A stretch of 64,000 nucleotides of DNA from positions 192,001 through 256,000 of the forward strand of contig CAVVNQ010000004.1 in the NCBI GenBank assembly GCA_963749705.1. Reading direction: 5' to 3'. Positions within the stretch are counted from its first letter, which is position 1. Each line of letters opens with the position of its first letter. The stretch is from an uncultured Chloroflexia bacterium. GTDB lineage: Bacteria > Chloroflexota > Limnocylindria > Limnocylindrales > CSP1-4. The notes beneath the pieces were generated by a model. That model was not told where the DNA came from, did no database searches, and worked only from the letters and a program-made list of their open reading frames with translations. Below are positions 20,168 to 29,818 of the stretch, piece by piece. The position numbers and the translations under genes are program-made.

Positions 20168-21355
20168 TCAGCCGCCGAACCACCAGTCGACGAGCGTGCC
20201 CGTCCAGGGCGGCGTCGGTTCGAGCCACAGGTCCTCGGCAAGGACCGTCCGCCCGCCATCCGCCGCAATCCCGACGACGAACGACGCGGTCGTGATCCGG
20301 TCACGCGGGTGCGGCAGCGACCACGACAGGTCGACCGTCGGCGCGCTGCGGGCCGAAACCACGAGCAGCGGCGCGGAGCCGAACCGGACGACGCCGTCCA
20401 CGTCGACGGCAGGCCAGACCTCGACCTTCAGCGTCGGATAGCGGGTCACCAGGACGGAAGCCTCCGGGCCGAGGTCGATGCTGACCTGCCCGTACCCGTC
20501 GCCAAACGCCGACCACGAGAGCTGGGCGCCGGTGTTCGCCACGTCGGCGGCCGGCGGCGCTGCGCCGATCGGCGACGTGTCGGCCGTCCAGCCACCGCGA
20601 TCGGAGTCCGTGGTCGTGGCAAGCGCGACGAGCGTCATCGGGATCACCAGGGCCAGGGCCAGCACCGCGGCAGGCAGGAGCCCGACCCGGATCGTCGGGC
20701 GCTCGGGTGCGCGGAGCGCGGCGACGGCGAAGGCGAACGGCGCCAGCGGCAGGCCGACGGCCAGGACCGGATCCATGGCGAGCGGGACGAGCAGCCACGT
20801 CCCTGCCGACCCGATCGCAAGACCCAGCGCCGCAACGACCGCGCGCACGCCCCGCACCGAGCGCACCGCCGGACCGGCAACGCGCGCGGGCACGATCCAT
20901 CCCAGGTATGCGAATCCAAGGCCGGTGGCGACGACCGTGACCAGGCTGCCCACCGGCCCACCGAAGTAGCTCGATGTCGACCGGCCCAGCGCATGAAGCA
21001 CCGTCGACGCAATCGGGATGGCAAGGATCGAGGCGATCGCGAGGACGAAGAGCGCGAACAGGTACGTCCGGAATCCCTCGACCAGGACCACCCGAGCCCC
21101 GCCACCGATCGCCGCCAGCACCTGCCGGCGGCCACGATGCGCGCGGCCCATGGCCGCGGCGAGCTGCCGCGGATCGCCCATCTGCCGGATCGCGCGCCGG
21201 TCCGCGTCGCCCGCCTCGTAGCCGGACGCGCGCAGGGCAGCCACGGCATCGTCGAGGTGGCCCGCGAGCTCCTCGAGGACGTCGCCGGCGATCGGTGCCG
21301 GGAGGTCCAGCCGGGCGCGGACCTCGGACAGGAAACGTTCGCGTTCCTCAGGCAC
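20168..21355 (-). CDS. Membrane protein with N-terminal HAAS/permease-prefix-like domain (PadR partner)
   Basis: E.L.GHL.D...A...A...MG.P..LA N-terminal pattern followed by about 6 TM segments; overlaps the PadR stop. Confidence 0.75.
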   Translation of the reverse strand: MPEERERFLSEVRARLDLPAPIAGDVLEELAGHLDDAVAALRASGYEAGDADRRAIRQMGDPRQLAAAMGRAHRGRRQVLAAIGGGARVVLVEGFRTYLFALFVLAIASILAIPIASTVLHALGRSTSSYFGGPVGSLVTVVATGLGFAYLGWIVPARVAGPAVRSVRGVRAVVAALGLAIGSAGTWLLVPLAMDPVLAVGLPLAPFAFAVAALRAPERPTIRVGLLPAAVLALALVIPMTLVALATTTDSDRGGWTADTSPIGAAPPAADVANTGAQLSWSAFGDGYGQVSIDLGPEASVLVTRYPTLKVEVWPAVDVDGVVRFGSAPLLVVSARSAPTVDLSWSLPHPRDRITTASFVVGIAADGGRTVLAEDLWLEPTPPWTGTLVDWWFGG

Positions 21356-21713
21356 CGGACACCTCCGGGGACGCGCCCGCGACGCGTACGATCGCGTCGC
21401 TGAAGTCGTCCCACTCGCGGGCGTGGCTCGCGAGCATCGCGCTTCCGGCCTGGGTGATGCGATACCACCGGCGGCGCGGTCCACGGTCGCCCGCGCGCCA
21501 GGTGGCCGTCAGCGCCCCCTCCGTCTCCAGCCGATGCAGCGTCGGGTAGAGCGAGCCTTCGCTGGGCACGAAGGCACCCTCGCTCCGGTCGCGGATCAGG
21601 GCGGCGATCTGGTAGCCGTAGAGCTCGCCGTCGCGCAGCACCGAGAGCACGAGGTAGGCCATCGCGCCCTTGAGCAGCTGGCTGCGCAGGGGATCCCGGT
21701 TCACAGACGCCAC
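21348..21713 (-). CDS. PadR-family transcriptional regulator
   Basis: YGYQI...EGSLYPTLHRLE...G...RRRWY.IT..G motif. Confidence 0.92.
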   Translation of the reverse strand: MASVNRDPLRSQLLKGAMAYLVLSVLRDGELYGYQIAALIRDRSEGAFVPSEGSLYPTLHRLETEGALTATWRAGDRGPRRRWYRITQAGSAMLASHAREWDDFSDAIVRVAGASPEVSGA

Positions 21714-21765
21714 CTACATCGGATTACGACATAGCAATGGTGCGCCGCGCCGGCACGGGTGTCAA
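21714..21765 (-). promoter_or_regulatory. padR promoter with a downstream imperfect palindrome (likely autoregulatory operator)
   Basis: TTGACA (21760-21765), 17 nt, then CACCAT; CTACATCG-N5-CGACATAG at 21714-21734. Confidence 0.6.
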
Positions 21766-21832
21766 TCGGTGGCGCGAGCGTCTTCCGGTGGCGCGAGGGT
21801 CTTTCGCCGGCGCGCCGTCCCCGACCGCGCGC

Positions 21833-23065
21833 CTACGCCCGGTCGAGCGCCTGCGCGAGATCCGCGACGAGGTCGTCCGCAGCCTCGATGCCGACCGAGA
21901 GCCGCACCAGCGCCCCGTCCACCTCGAGCGGCGACGACGCCACCGACGCGTGGGTCATGGCGGCGGGCAGCTCGATCAGCGACTCGACGCCGCCGAGCGA
22001 CTCGGCGAGCGTGAACAGGCGCGTCGAGCCGCACACGACCGTTGCGCGCTGCGCGGCGGTTCGCCGGTGCGGTCCGCCCTCGGTCGGGATGAACGAGACC
22101 ATGCCACCGAACGCCGGCTCGCCGCCCAGCCGCATCTGGCGAGCCGCAACCGCGGCCTGCGCATGGGCGTGGGGGCCATCCACCAGGCCGGGATATCGCA
22201 CGACCGCCACGTCCGCTCGACCCGCCAGGAACGCGGCAACGGCCATGGCATTCGCACTGTGCCGCTCCATGCGGAGGGCCAGGGTCCGGAGCCCGCGGAG
22301 CACGAGGAAGCAGTCGAACGGACCGGGAACCGCGCCCATCGCGTTCTGGAGGAAGCGGAGGCGCTCGGCAATGGCGTCGTCGTTGGTCACGACCACGCCG
22401 ACGATCGCGTCCGAGTGTCCGCCCAGGTACTTGGTCGCCGAGTGGAACACGATGTCGGCACCCAGCTCGAGCGGTCGCTGCAGCGCCGGCGACGCGAACG
22501 TGTTGTCGACGACGAGCCGTGGCTTGTCGCTCCCCGCCTGATCGGCCCACTCGCGGATCGCCCTGGCCGCGGCCGCGATGTCCGTGACCTTGAGCAGCGG
22601 GTTGGACGGCGTCTCGAACCACACCAGGCGGGTCCGCCCGTTGAGCCCCTCCCAAACGGCCTCGGGCTTGCCGGCCAGGTCGACGTATCGCGCGTTCCCG
22701 GATCCCGCCGGCCGGTGGACACGCTCGAAGTAGCGGAACGTGCCGCCGTAGACGTCGTCGCCGACCAGGATCTCCTCACCGGCGGCGGCCAGCTGGGCGA
22801 TCGCGGCCGTCGCCGCCGAGCCGCTCGCAAACGCGATCCCGTGGCGACCGCCCTCGAGATCCGCGACGGCCCGCTCGAGCCGCTCCCGGGTCGGGTTCTG
22901 GGTTCGGGCGTACTCGTAGCCGCGGCGCGGCTTCCCGACGCCGTCCTGGGCGTAGGTCGAGGTCTGGTAGATCGGCGGAGCCACCGCACCCGTCAGCTCG
23001 TCGGGCTCCTGGCCGGCATGGACGGTGCGGGTGGCAAAGGCGTCGCGAGCGTCGGCGTCGGGCAT
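21833..23065 (-). CDS. Cystathionine gamma-lyase/synthase (Cys/Met metabolism PLP enzyme)
   Basis: YARTQNPT, ETPSNP, DNTF, SATKYLGGHSD and ESLGGVESL motifs. Confidence 0.92.
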   Translation of the reverse strand: MPDADARDAFATRTVHAGQEPDELTGAVAPPIYQTSTYAQDGVGKPRRGYEYARTQNPTRERLERAVADLEGGRHGIAFASGSAATAAIAQLAAAGEEILVGDDVYGGTFRYFERVHRPAGSGNARYVDLAGKPEAVWEGLNGRTRLVWFETPSNPLLKVTDIAAAARAIREWADQAGSDKPRLVVDNTFASPALQRPLELGADIVFHSATKYLGGHSDAIVGVVVTNDDAIAERLRFLQNAMGAVPGPFDCFLVLRGLRTLALRMERHSANAMAVAAFLAGRADVAVVRYPGLVDGPHAHAQAAVAARQMRLGGEPAFGGMVSFIPTEGGPHRRTAAQRATVVCGSTRLFTLAESLGGVESLIELPAAMTHASVASSPLEVDGALVRLSVGIEAADDLVADLAQALDRA

Positions 23066-23137
23066 GGCGTGATCATCGCACGCACGTTGCCGCAGCCGGC
23101 GCCGCACGCACCAGGTGCCGGCCGGGGAGGCGGCGCC

Positions 23138-24556
23138 TTACCCCTTGCGGTGCGCGAGGTGCTCGAGCAGGTCGAGCTTGGTCACGACGCCCATCGGGCG
23201 CCCGTCGCGGACCGCGAGCAGCGCCGGCGCCCCGTCCGACAGCAACGCGAACGCCTCGTCGACCGACGCCGCCACGTCGAGCGTCGGCAGCGGCGCGTCC
23301 ATCACCTCGCCGACCGTCCGCTCCACCAGCTCCGGGTTCCGATACGCGCGCTCGAGCAGGCCCTTCTCGCTCACGGAGCCGACGATCCCGGCCAGCGCGG
23401 TGCCGTCAGGCTGTTCGGACACGGGCAGCTGGCTGATCCCGAAGCGCTGGAGCAGCTCGATCGCCTCGCCCACCCGGTCGGTCGTCCGGGCCAGGACGAC
23501 ATCCGGGATGTCGCCTTCGTGGTAGCGCTCGCGCAGCAGCTCCGCGACGTGCGTGACGGCGCCGCTCGTGGTGAGCAGGCCGTTGGCCCGCATCCACTCG
23601 TCGTTGTACAGCTTCGACAGGTAGTTGCGACCGCCGTCGGGCAGGAGCACGACCACGACCGCGTCCGGCGCCGAGTCGGGCTCGTCGCGCATGATCCGGC
23701 CGACCTCGTCGAGCGCTGCGAGCATCGCGGTCCCGCACAATTCGCCGGCCAGGATCCCCTCCTCGCGGGTGATCCGGCGCGCCATCGCGAACGCGTCGCG
23801 GTCGCTCACGCGGACCCATCGATCGACGACCGCCGGGTCATGGGTGCCGGGCATGAAGTCCTCGCCCACGCCCTCGGTCAGGTACGGGCGCGCGGCATCG
23901 CCCGACAGGACGCTGCCCTCGGGATCGGCGCCCACGATCCGGATGCCCGGGTTCTGCCCCTTGAGGTAGTGGCCGATCCCCGAGATCGTGCCACCGGTGC
24001 CCGCCGACGCCACCAGGTGCGTGATCCGGCCGTCGGTCTGGGCCCAGATCTCGGGGCCCGTGGTCCGCTCGTGGGCCGCCGGGTTCTCCATGTTCCAGTA
24101 CTGGTCCGGCTTGAACGCGCCGGGGATGTCCCGGGCAAGCCGGGCCGCGACCGAGTAGTAGCTCTCGGGGGACTCGGGGTCGACGTTGGTCGGGCACAGG
24201 ACGACCTCGGCGCCGTACGCACGGAGCAGGGCCTGCTTCTCGGCCGACTGCTTGTCCGCCATCACGAAGATGCAGCGGTAGCCCTTGAGCGCGGCCGCGA
24301 TGGCGAGGCCATGGCCGGTATTGCCCGACGTGGGCTCGATGATCGTGCCGCCGGGCCTGAGCAGGCCGGCGCGTTCGGCGGCCTCGATCATCGGCAGCCC
24401 GATCCGGTCCTTGACCGACCCGCCGGGGTTGAGCATCTCGAGCTTGGCCAGGAGCAGGGGCCGGCGGTCCGCAGGCCCGAGGTCACGAGTGAGGCGGGAG
24501 ATCCGGACGAGCGGGGTGTTCCCGACCAGGTCGATGATCGATTCGGCGTACTGCAT
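23138..24556 (-). CDS. cbs: Cystathionine beta-synthase with C-terminal CBS domains
   Basis: NPGGSVKDR, EPTSGNTG, GTGGT and PDGGRNYLSK motifs; CBS pair at the C-terminus. Confidence 0.9.
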   Translation of the reverse strand: MQYAESIIDLVGNTPLVRISRLTRDLGPADRRPLLLAKLEMLNPGGSVKDRIGLPMIEAAERAGLLRPGGTIIEPTSGNTGHGLAIAAALKGYRCIFVMADKQSAEKQALLRAYGAEVVLCPTNVDPESPESYYSVAARLARDIPGAFKPDQYWNMENPAAHERTTGPEIWAQTDGRITHLVASAGTGGTISGIGHYLKGQNPGIRIVGADPEGSVLSGDAARPYLTEGVGEDFMPGTHDPAVVDRWVRVSDRDAFAMARRITREEGILAGELCGTAMLAALDEVGRIMRDEPDSAPDAVVVVLLPDGGRNYLSKLYNDEWMRANGLLTTSGAVTHVAELLRERYHEGDIPDVVLARTTDRVGEAIELLQRFGISQLPVSEQPDGTALAGIVGSVSEKGLLERAYRNPELVERTVGEVMDAPLPTLDVAASVDEAFALLSDGAPALLAVRDGRPMGVVTKLDLLEHLAHRKG

Positions 24557-24602
24557 CCGCCGGAGCATACCCGGCGGACCGGGCTCCGGCGCTCGCGGCA
24601 CG

Positions 24603-25505
24603 TCAGGCGCCTTCGAGATCGCGGTCGAGTCGCCCGCGTCGCAGGAGCAGCCACGTCAGACGCCGGCGGAGGCGGCGCGGGCGTTCGGGCGGATCCACCG
24701 TGCCGGGGTACAGCGCCTCGACCGCGGGGCCGAGCCGAGCCTCGAACGCTGCCGTGACCCGGCGGGCGAGGTCGAGCTCGTCGCGCGATCCCGGCGCCGG
24801 GAGCGTGCCGTCCCACGTGTCGCCGAGCAGGTCGCGGGCGCTGGTAGGCGGGAGGACGCGGGACGCCATCCGCCGCCCGATGTACAGCTCCTCCGTGCCG
24901 GCCATCGCCAGCAGCACGATCGGCGCGCCGGTTCGCAGCGCGATCAGCGCGGCGCCGTTGCGGAACGGCCCGATCCGCCCGGGCGGCCCGCTCACCGTGC
25001 CCTCGGGCATCTGGACGAACACGCCGCCGTTGCGGATGACCGCCTCGGCCGATGCCACGTGGTGATCGACTCCGATGCCGCCTCGCCACACGGGCAGCAG
25101 GCCGCCGAGCCGGTGGATGAGGACCTCCCGCCAGCGGGCGGTGAACGTCGAGGGCGCCGAGCCCAGGAACCAGCAGCGTGGCTCGCCGGGCAGCGCGTGC
25201 ATCGCCACGAACGGGTCCATCCAGCCGCGGTGGGCCGCGGCGATCAGGAAGTAGCCGCCGGTCCGCGGCAGGTGCTCCTGTCCGGATGTTTCGATCCGGA
25301 ACCGGAACACGCCGAACAACAGGAGCCGGGCGACCAGGCGGATCACGCGGTACAGCATCGACGCGCGCGATTCCGGCGCGCGGCCCAGCCAGGCGAGCCC
25401 CTCGCGAGCGTTGCCGCGCGACGCCGCCATGGCCTCCGGAGCGATCCGGGCGGGGGGCGGCCGTCGCCTGCGGGAGTCGGGCGCGGGCAGGTCGGGTTCG
25501 GTCAC
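24603..25505 (-). CDS. 1-acyl-sn-glycerol-3-phosphate (lysophospholipid) acyltransferase, PlsC-like
   Basis: HRGWMD (HxxxxD) and MPEGT motifs. Confidence 0.85.
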   Translation of the reverse strand: MTEPDLPAPDSRRRRPPPARIAPEAMAASRGNAREGLAWLGRAPESRASMLYRVIRLVARLLLFGVFRFRIETSGQEHLPRTGGYFLIAAAHRGWMDPFVAMHALPGEPRCWFLGSAPSTFTARWREVLIHRLGGLLPVWRGGIGVDHHVASAEAVIRNGGVFVQMPEGTVSGPPGRIGPFRNGAALIALRTGAPIVLLAMAGTEELYIGRRMASRVLPPTSARDLLGDTWDGTLPAPGSRDELDLARRVTAAFEARLGPAVEALYPGTVDPPERPRRLRRRLTWLLLRRGRLDRDLEGA

Positions 25506-25559
25506 GTCCGGCGCCGGAGCGTCGGGGGCCGGAGCGTCGGGGGCCGGCGCGTCGGCGGG

Positions 25560-26666
25560 TCAGGCGTCGGTCGCGGTACGCCCATCGGTGTCGGAGGCAT
25601 CGTCGCCGCCGGCTCCCTCGTCGTCGTCGCCCTCGTCGTCGTCGCCCTCGTCGTCGTCGCCCTGGTCGTCGTCGCCGTCGTCGTCGGTTCCCTCGTCGCC
25701 CTCGTGGCCGTCGTCCGGTCCGTCGAACCCGCCGTCGTCGTCGTCGACCTCGACCCAGTCCTCGCCATCCTCGGGCTCGGGCGGTTCGCCCCAGCGATCG
25801 GCGTCCGCCGCGCTGGGCCGATGCCGGATGGCGAGCACGATCAGCGAGCCGGCAATCGCGAGCAGCGAGATCACGATCGCCGTCGGCACCCCGAAGAACG
25901 TCCAGTTGCCCGTGCGCAGCGTCTCGAGCGCCATCCGGACCACCGCGTACCAGATCAGGAAGATGAGCAGCAGGTCGCCCGGGCGCATGCGCCGTCCGTA
26001 CCGTCGCGCGATCCACAGCAGCGCGAACGCCCCGATCACGCCGCTCAGCGACTCGTACAGGAACAGCGGATGGAACGCCGTGGTCGCGGCCGGGTACGCA
26101 TCACACGGGAACTCGGCCACCCGGTGGGCACAGTCGATCGCGATCCCCCACGGCGCGTTGGTCGGCGGCCCGTACAGCTCCTGGTTGAAGAAGTTGCCCC
26201 AGCGCCCGATCGCCTGCATCACGAACAGGCCGGGCGCGATGACGTCCGCCCAACGCCAGAACGACTGCTTCCAGTACCGGGTGAGGACCCACGCGGCCAG
26301 CACGCCGGTGAAGATGCCGCCGTAGACCCCCAGGCCCGTGTACGGCGGCAGGACGATCTTGAGCAGGTCGTCCTGGTAGAGGCGCCACTGATCGATGACG
26401 TGGTACATCCGGCCGCCGATCAGCGCCGCGACGGCGACGATGATGATCCCGTTGTCCACGAGCCGGGCATCGAGACCTCGCCGGCGCGCCTCACGGGTGA
26501 TGACCACGTAGCTCGCAGCGATGCCCACCGCGTAGCAGATCCCGTACCAGAACACCGGGACGGGCCCGAGATGGATCGCGATCGGCTCGGGAGTCCACGA
26601 GATGATGGCCAGGACCGATACCAGGGCGGCCAGCGGGACAGATACGGCGAACGAGATCGGGGGCAT
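25560..26666 (-). CDS. lgt: Prolipoprotein diacylglyceryl transferase with an acidic C-terminal tail
   Basis: WYG, GGRMYHV, GRWGNFFNQELYG and HPLFLYE motifs. Confidence 0.92.
   Translation of the reverse strand: MPPISFAVSVPLAALVSVLAIISWTPEPIAIHLGPVPVFWYGICYAVGIAASYVVITREARRRGLDARLVDNGIIIVAVAALIGGRMYHVIDQWRLYQDDLLKIVLPPYTGLGVYGGIFTGVLAAWVLTRYWKQSFWRWADVIAPGLFVMQAIGRWGNFFNQELYGPPTNAPWGIAIDCAHRVAEFPCDAYPAATTAFHPLFLYESLSGVIGAFALLWIARRYGRRMRPGDLLLIFLIWYAVVRMALETLRTGNWTFFGVPTAIVISLLAIAGSLIVLAIRHRPSAADADRWGEPPEPEDGEDWVEVDDDDGGFDGPDDGHEGDEGTDDDGDDDQGDDDEGDDDEGDDDEGAGGDDASDTDGRTATDA
25617..25690. repeat. 15-bp tandem repeat encoding (GDDDE)n in the Lgt tail
   Basis: CCTCGTCGTCGTCGC units, about 4 copies. 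Confidence 0.85.
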
Positions 26667-26854
26667 GTCGGCGCAGTGTAGCCCGCGATCGGGTCCCCCG
26701 GGTTCGGTCGCCCGGGGGTCGGATCGCCGGTCACCCGACGATGGCCGGGGGCGAGGCCCGACGCCCACGTGCGGCCCGATCGCGAACGGCGCTCCGGTCG
26801 AGTATCCTCGGGCCCGATGCACGCCTGTCCGACCTGTCGCCCTGAGAGACCCCG

Positions 26855-27400
26855 GTGAGCGCCGAGTTCAACTGGTGGCTGCTGATCGTCGGGCTGATCG
26901 CCGGTGGTGCGCTGACCTGGCTGGTCCTCGCCGACTCGACCCGGCGAGAGCGGGAGGTCGGCGACGAGGAGCTCGCCGCGGAGGCCGGCTGGATCGCCCG
27001 CGCGCTGCAGCTTCCGGCGGTCGACGGCGAGGTCGCCCGCGCCGTGCTCCGGGCACACCGCAGGTACCTCGGGTTCCCGCCGCCCGACACGCTCGTTGAC
27101 CCCGACGAGCTCGCGCTTGCCGATGCCCCTGTCGAGGCCGCGGCGGCCGACCAGGAGGTCGAGGCCAGGGTGGTCGGCGACCAGGCCGCAGCCGCGATGG
27201 ACGACGATCCGGCGGCGACGGATGTCGACGCACCGGCCACGGCCCCTGCAGCCGATGCCGAGCGCGCGTTGCGGGCCGACCCGCCTGCATCGGGCGACGT
27301 GCCTGCGCCGGGCGACATGCCTCCGCCGGGCGACGTGCCTCCGCCGGGCGATGTGCCGCCCCGGCCCGCGACACCCCCGGGATCGGACGGGGCCGCCTAA
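26855..27400 (+). CDS. Hypothetical single-pass membrane protein with a Pro/Ala/Asp-rich tail
   Basis: N-terminal TM segment WWLLIVGLIAGGALTWLVL; GC3-consistent codons. Confidence 0.7.
   Translation: MSAEFNWWLLIVGLIAGGALTWLVLADSTRREREVGDEELAAEAGWIARALQLPAVDGEVARAVLRAHRRYLGFPPPDTLVDPDELALADAPVEAAAADQEVEARVVGDQAAAAMDDDPAATDVDAPATAPAADAERALRADPPASGDVPAPGDMPPPGDVPPPGDVPPRPATPPGSDGAA
27291..27362 (+). repeat. 18-bp coding tandem repeat x4 (GD[VM]PxP)
   Basis: CGGGCGAYRTGCCxxxxC four times. Confidence 0.85.
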
Positions 27401-27532
27401 CCGCGATCGTGCGGCGCCGCGCTCCCGCCGTGACGCATGGGATGCATCAAAGGCAACGTCAACGTGGCGGTTCCGGGCCACGAAGACGCGAACCTGGTCC
27501 GAAACCCCGTTGCAGGCGACGAATTGACGCGC

Positions 27533-27635
27533 CGGGTGAGTCGGCACGTGCGGGTGAGTCGGCACGCGCCGGGTGAGTCGGCACGTGCGGGTGAGTCGGC
27601 ACGTGCGGGTGAGTCGGCACGCGCCGGGTGAGCCG
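27533..27635. repeat. 18/19-bp intergenic tandem repeat, about 5.5 copies
   Basis: CGGGTGAGTCGGCACGTG (A) and CGGGTGAGTCGGCACGCGC (B) in the order A-B-A-A-B-partial. Confidence 0.92.
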
Positions 27636-27654
27636 TCGGTCCGGCGTCGGACCC

Positions 27655-28500
27655 TCAGAGCCTCCCGGTCAGCACGGGCGTCGCGTCAGCGCCGCCACCC
27701 ACCGGGCCGAGCGACACGCCGAACACGGTGCCGGCCGGGAGATCTGCAAGCCCGGCGGCCGATCCAGCCCAGGAGGCGACATCGCCGCCCCAGTACATCC
27801 GGCCCAGACGCCGCCGCTCGCCGTTGACCTCCACCCAGCAGCCGTACTCCTGCCCCGCGCCCTCGGCCGGTAGCCCGGTCGCGATCACCACCAGGTCGCC
27901 GGTCGCCGGCGAGAAGGCAAGCGCCCCCGCGGCGCCGCTGCCGTTCGTGGTTGCGGCGAGCGACACGGATCGGGCATCCGGCTGCGACTCGATCCGCATC
28001 GTGACGGTCGTGGTCTGGCGGAGGACGGCGATCTGGCCGTCGCGGCTGGCGACCGCGTCACCCTGGAACGCTCCGCCGACGGCAAGCCCGATCGCAACGG
28101 CCGCGACCAGCGCCGCCGCGATCCCGCCCGCCCATGCGAGCCGCACCGGGCGCCGGAGGGACCGGGTCCGGGCATCGGCCACGGACAGCGGCAGCGGGAG
28201 GTCCGGCCCGGCTCCGGCCCGCGACGCGGCGATTCCCGTCCGTTCGCGTCCGACCGTCCGCACGAACGCCAGCGTCCGCTCGCGGAGCGCCGGGTCCGGC
28301 TGCTCGGCGATGACGTCGCGCGCGATCGCTGCGGTCCGGCCGATCCTGCCCAGCTCGGCCGTGCACGACGGGCAGCCGGCAAGATGGCCGGCGACCGCGG
28401 CCGCGTCGGGCGTATCGCCCGCCATCAGCCGCTCGAGGCCATCCGGCTCCACCGCCGCGATCTCGATGCGCTCCAGCGCCTCAGCGTGTTCCATGACCAT
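27655..28500 (-). CDS. ZAS-type anti-sigma factor, RskA-like
   Basis: HLAGCPSC (HxxxCxxC), one TM segment, C-terminal Y.CW...GVSL domain; overlaps the sigma stop. Confidence 0.85.
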   Translation of the reverse strand: MVMEHAEALERIEIAAVEPDGLERLMAGDTPDAAAVAGHLAGCPSCTAELGRIGRTAAIARDVIAEQPDPALRERTLAFVRTVGRERTGIAASRAGAGPDLPLPLSVADARTRSLRRPVRLAWAGGIAAALVAAVAIGLAVGGAFQGDAVASRDGQIAVLRQTTTVTMRIESQPDARSVSLAATTNGSGAAGALAFSPATGDLVVIATGLPAEGAGQEYGCWVEVNGERRRLGRMYWGGDVASWAGSAAGLADLPAGTVFGVSLGPVGGGADATPVLTGRL

Positions 28501-29158
28501 CCATCCCGCGAGATGCCGAGCCCGACCCGATCGGACCGTCATCCCCTTCCAGTGCCGTTCGCAGGTGTGCCAGCGCGCGGCGCGTTCGCGTCTTCACCGT
28601 GCCCAGCGGCCAGCCGAGCCGTTCCGAGATCTCGGACTGGGTCAGCCCGTCGCGATACGCCAGCAGGATGACGCGTCGTTCGAGGTCCGTCATCCCGGCG
28701 AGCGCCGTGTCGATGGCGGCCCTGACCGCGGCAGCCTCCGCGGCCGCCTCCGGGCCCGGCTCGGGCGCCACCCCTCCGAGCACGACGGCATCGGGCGACA
28801 GGCGCTCGAAACCGGCGTCGGCGTCGTCCGCCTCCCCGTATCCGGGCAGCGACACGAGCGACGGCCGACGACCCGCCGCACGAAGGCGGTCCACCGTGCG
28901 ATTGCGAGCGATCGCCCGAAGCCACGTGGCCAGCGAGGCCACGTTCGGATCGAACAGCTCGGCCCGGTTCCAAAGGGCGAGGAATGTCTCCTGCACGACC
29001 TCCTCGGCGATCTGCCGATCGCGTGTCAGCCGAAGCGCAACGGCGTGGATGCCGCCTGCATGGCGGTCATAGAGCGCCGCGAGGGCCTCCTCCGAGCCGG
29101 TAGCCACAGCCTGGACGAGCGCGACCTCATCGGCCACGTCCACCCGGCGCTCCGACAT
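28481..29158 (-). CDS. ECF RNA polymerase sigma factor (SigK-like)
   Basis: AEEVVQETFL.LW, WL..IARN and PLGTVKTR motifs (regions 2 and 4). Confidence 0.92.
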   Translation of the reverse strand: MSERRVDVADEVALVQAVATGSEEALAALYDRHAGGIHAVALRLTRDRQIAEEVVQETFLALWNRAELFDPNVASLATWLRAIARNRTVDRLRAAGRRPSLVSLPGYGEADDADAGFERLSPDAVVLGGVAPEPGPEAAAEAAAVRAAIDTALAGMTDLERRVILLAYRDGLTQSEISERLGWPLGTVKTRTRRALAHLRTALEGDDGPIGSGSASRGMDGHGTR

Positions 29159-29161
29159 CCC

Positions 29162-29671
29162 TTACGTCATCCTTTCGCCGGCGGTTTCGGGTGCATCGTC
29201 GTCCGCGTCCACCAGCGGCAGCGGCCGGCCCTCGAACCCTGTCGTGAACACGACGTCCGTCTCGGTCGAGAACACATGACGGGTGGTCTGGACCGCCCGC
29301 ACGACCCGCTCCAGGTGATCCATGTCGCGCGCCCGGATCTTGAGCAGGTAGTCCGCCTCGCCTGCGATGTGGTGGCACTCCTCGATCTCCGGGATCGTGG
29401 CGAAGTCGGCTGTGAGATCGGTGGCGATCGTCCCGGGCGCCTGGGTGACCCACGTGTACGCCAGCACGATGAACCCGACAGCGGTGGGATCCACGCGCGC
29501 GGCGTAGCCACGGATCACGCCCCGTGCCTCGAGCTTCTTGACGCGTTCGTGCGCTGACGGCCCCGCCATGCCCAGGTCCGTGCCGAGGTCCGCGTACGAC
29601 CGGCGGCCATCCGTCTGCAGGATGGCAAGGAGTCGGGCATCAGTCTTGCTGAGATGGTCGTTCTGGCTCAT
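29162..29671 (-). CDS. Lrp/AsnC-family transcriptional regulator
   Basis: LQ.DGR.SY..L...RVKKLE..GVI.GY HTH; ECHHIAGE.DYLLK. Confidence 0.92.
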   Translation of the reverse strand: MSQNDHLSKTDARLLAILQTDGRRSYADLGTDLGMAGPSAHERVKKLEARGVIRGYAARVDPTAVGFIVLAYTWVTQAPGTIATDLTADFATIPEIEECHHIAGEADYLLKIRARDMDHLERVVRAVQTTRHVFSTETDVVFTTGFEGRPLPLVDADDDAPETAGERMT

Positions 29672-29698
29672 CTGGTACCTATTCGTTAGGCGATGCGA

Positions 29699-29727
29699 TT
29701 GCTGAGCCTACGATTCATAGGTATACT
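29699..29727 (+). promoter_or_regulatory. Near-consensus sigma70 promoter, divergent from lrp
   Basis: TTGCTG (29699-29704), 17 nt, then TATACT (29722-29727). Confidence 0.75.
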
Positions 29728-29818
29728 CGGTGATGCAAGGGGCATCTGGATGCCGACCCCGCCGGACAGTCCGACGGGACCCCCAAAGGTCCGCGGCAAT
29801 CCTCGCAGCGAAAGGTGC

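Noticed and set aside
21737-24757. 1006-aa plus-strand ORF
   Set aside because: Antisense shadow of the cystathionine lyase/synthase genes; Arg/Gly/His-rich with no motifs, typical of high-GC DNA
24285-26681. 798-aa plus-strand ORF with VVVAL repeats
   Set aside because: Antisense reading of lgt/plsC; the hydrophobic repeat mirrors the GDDDE tail
27533-27635. Possible CRISPR array
   Set aside because: Contiguous units without unique spacers, and no cas genes in the window
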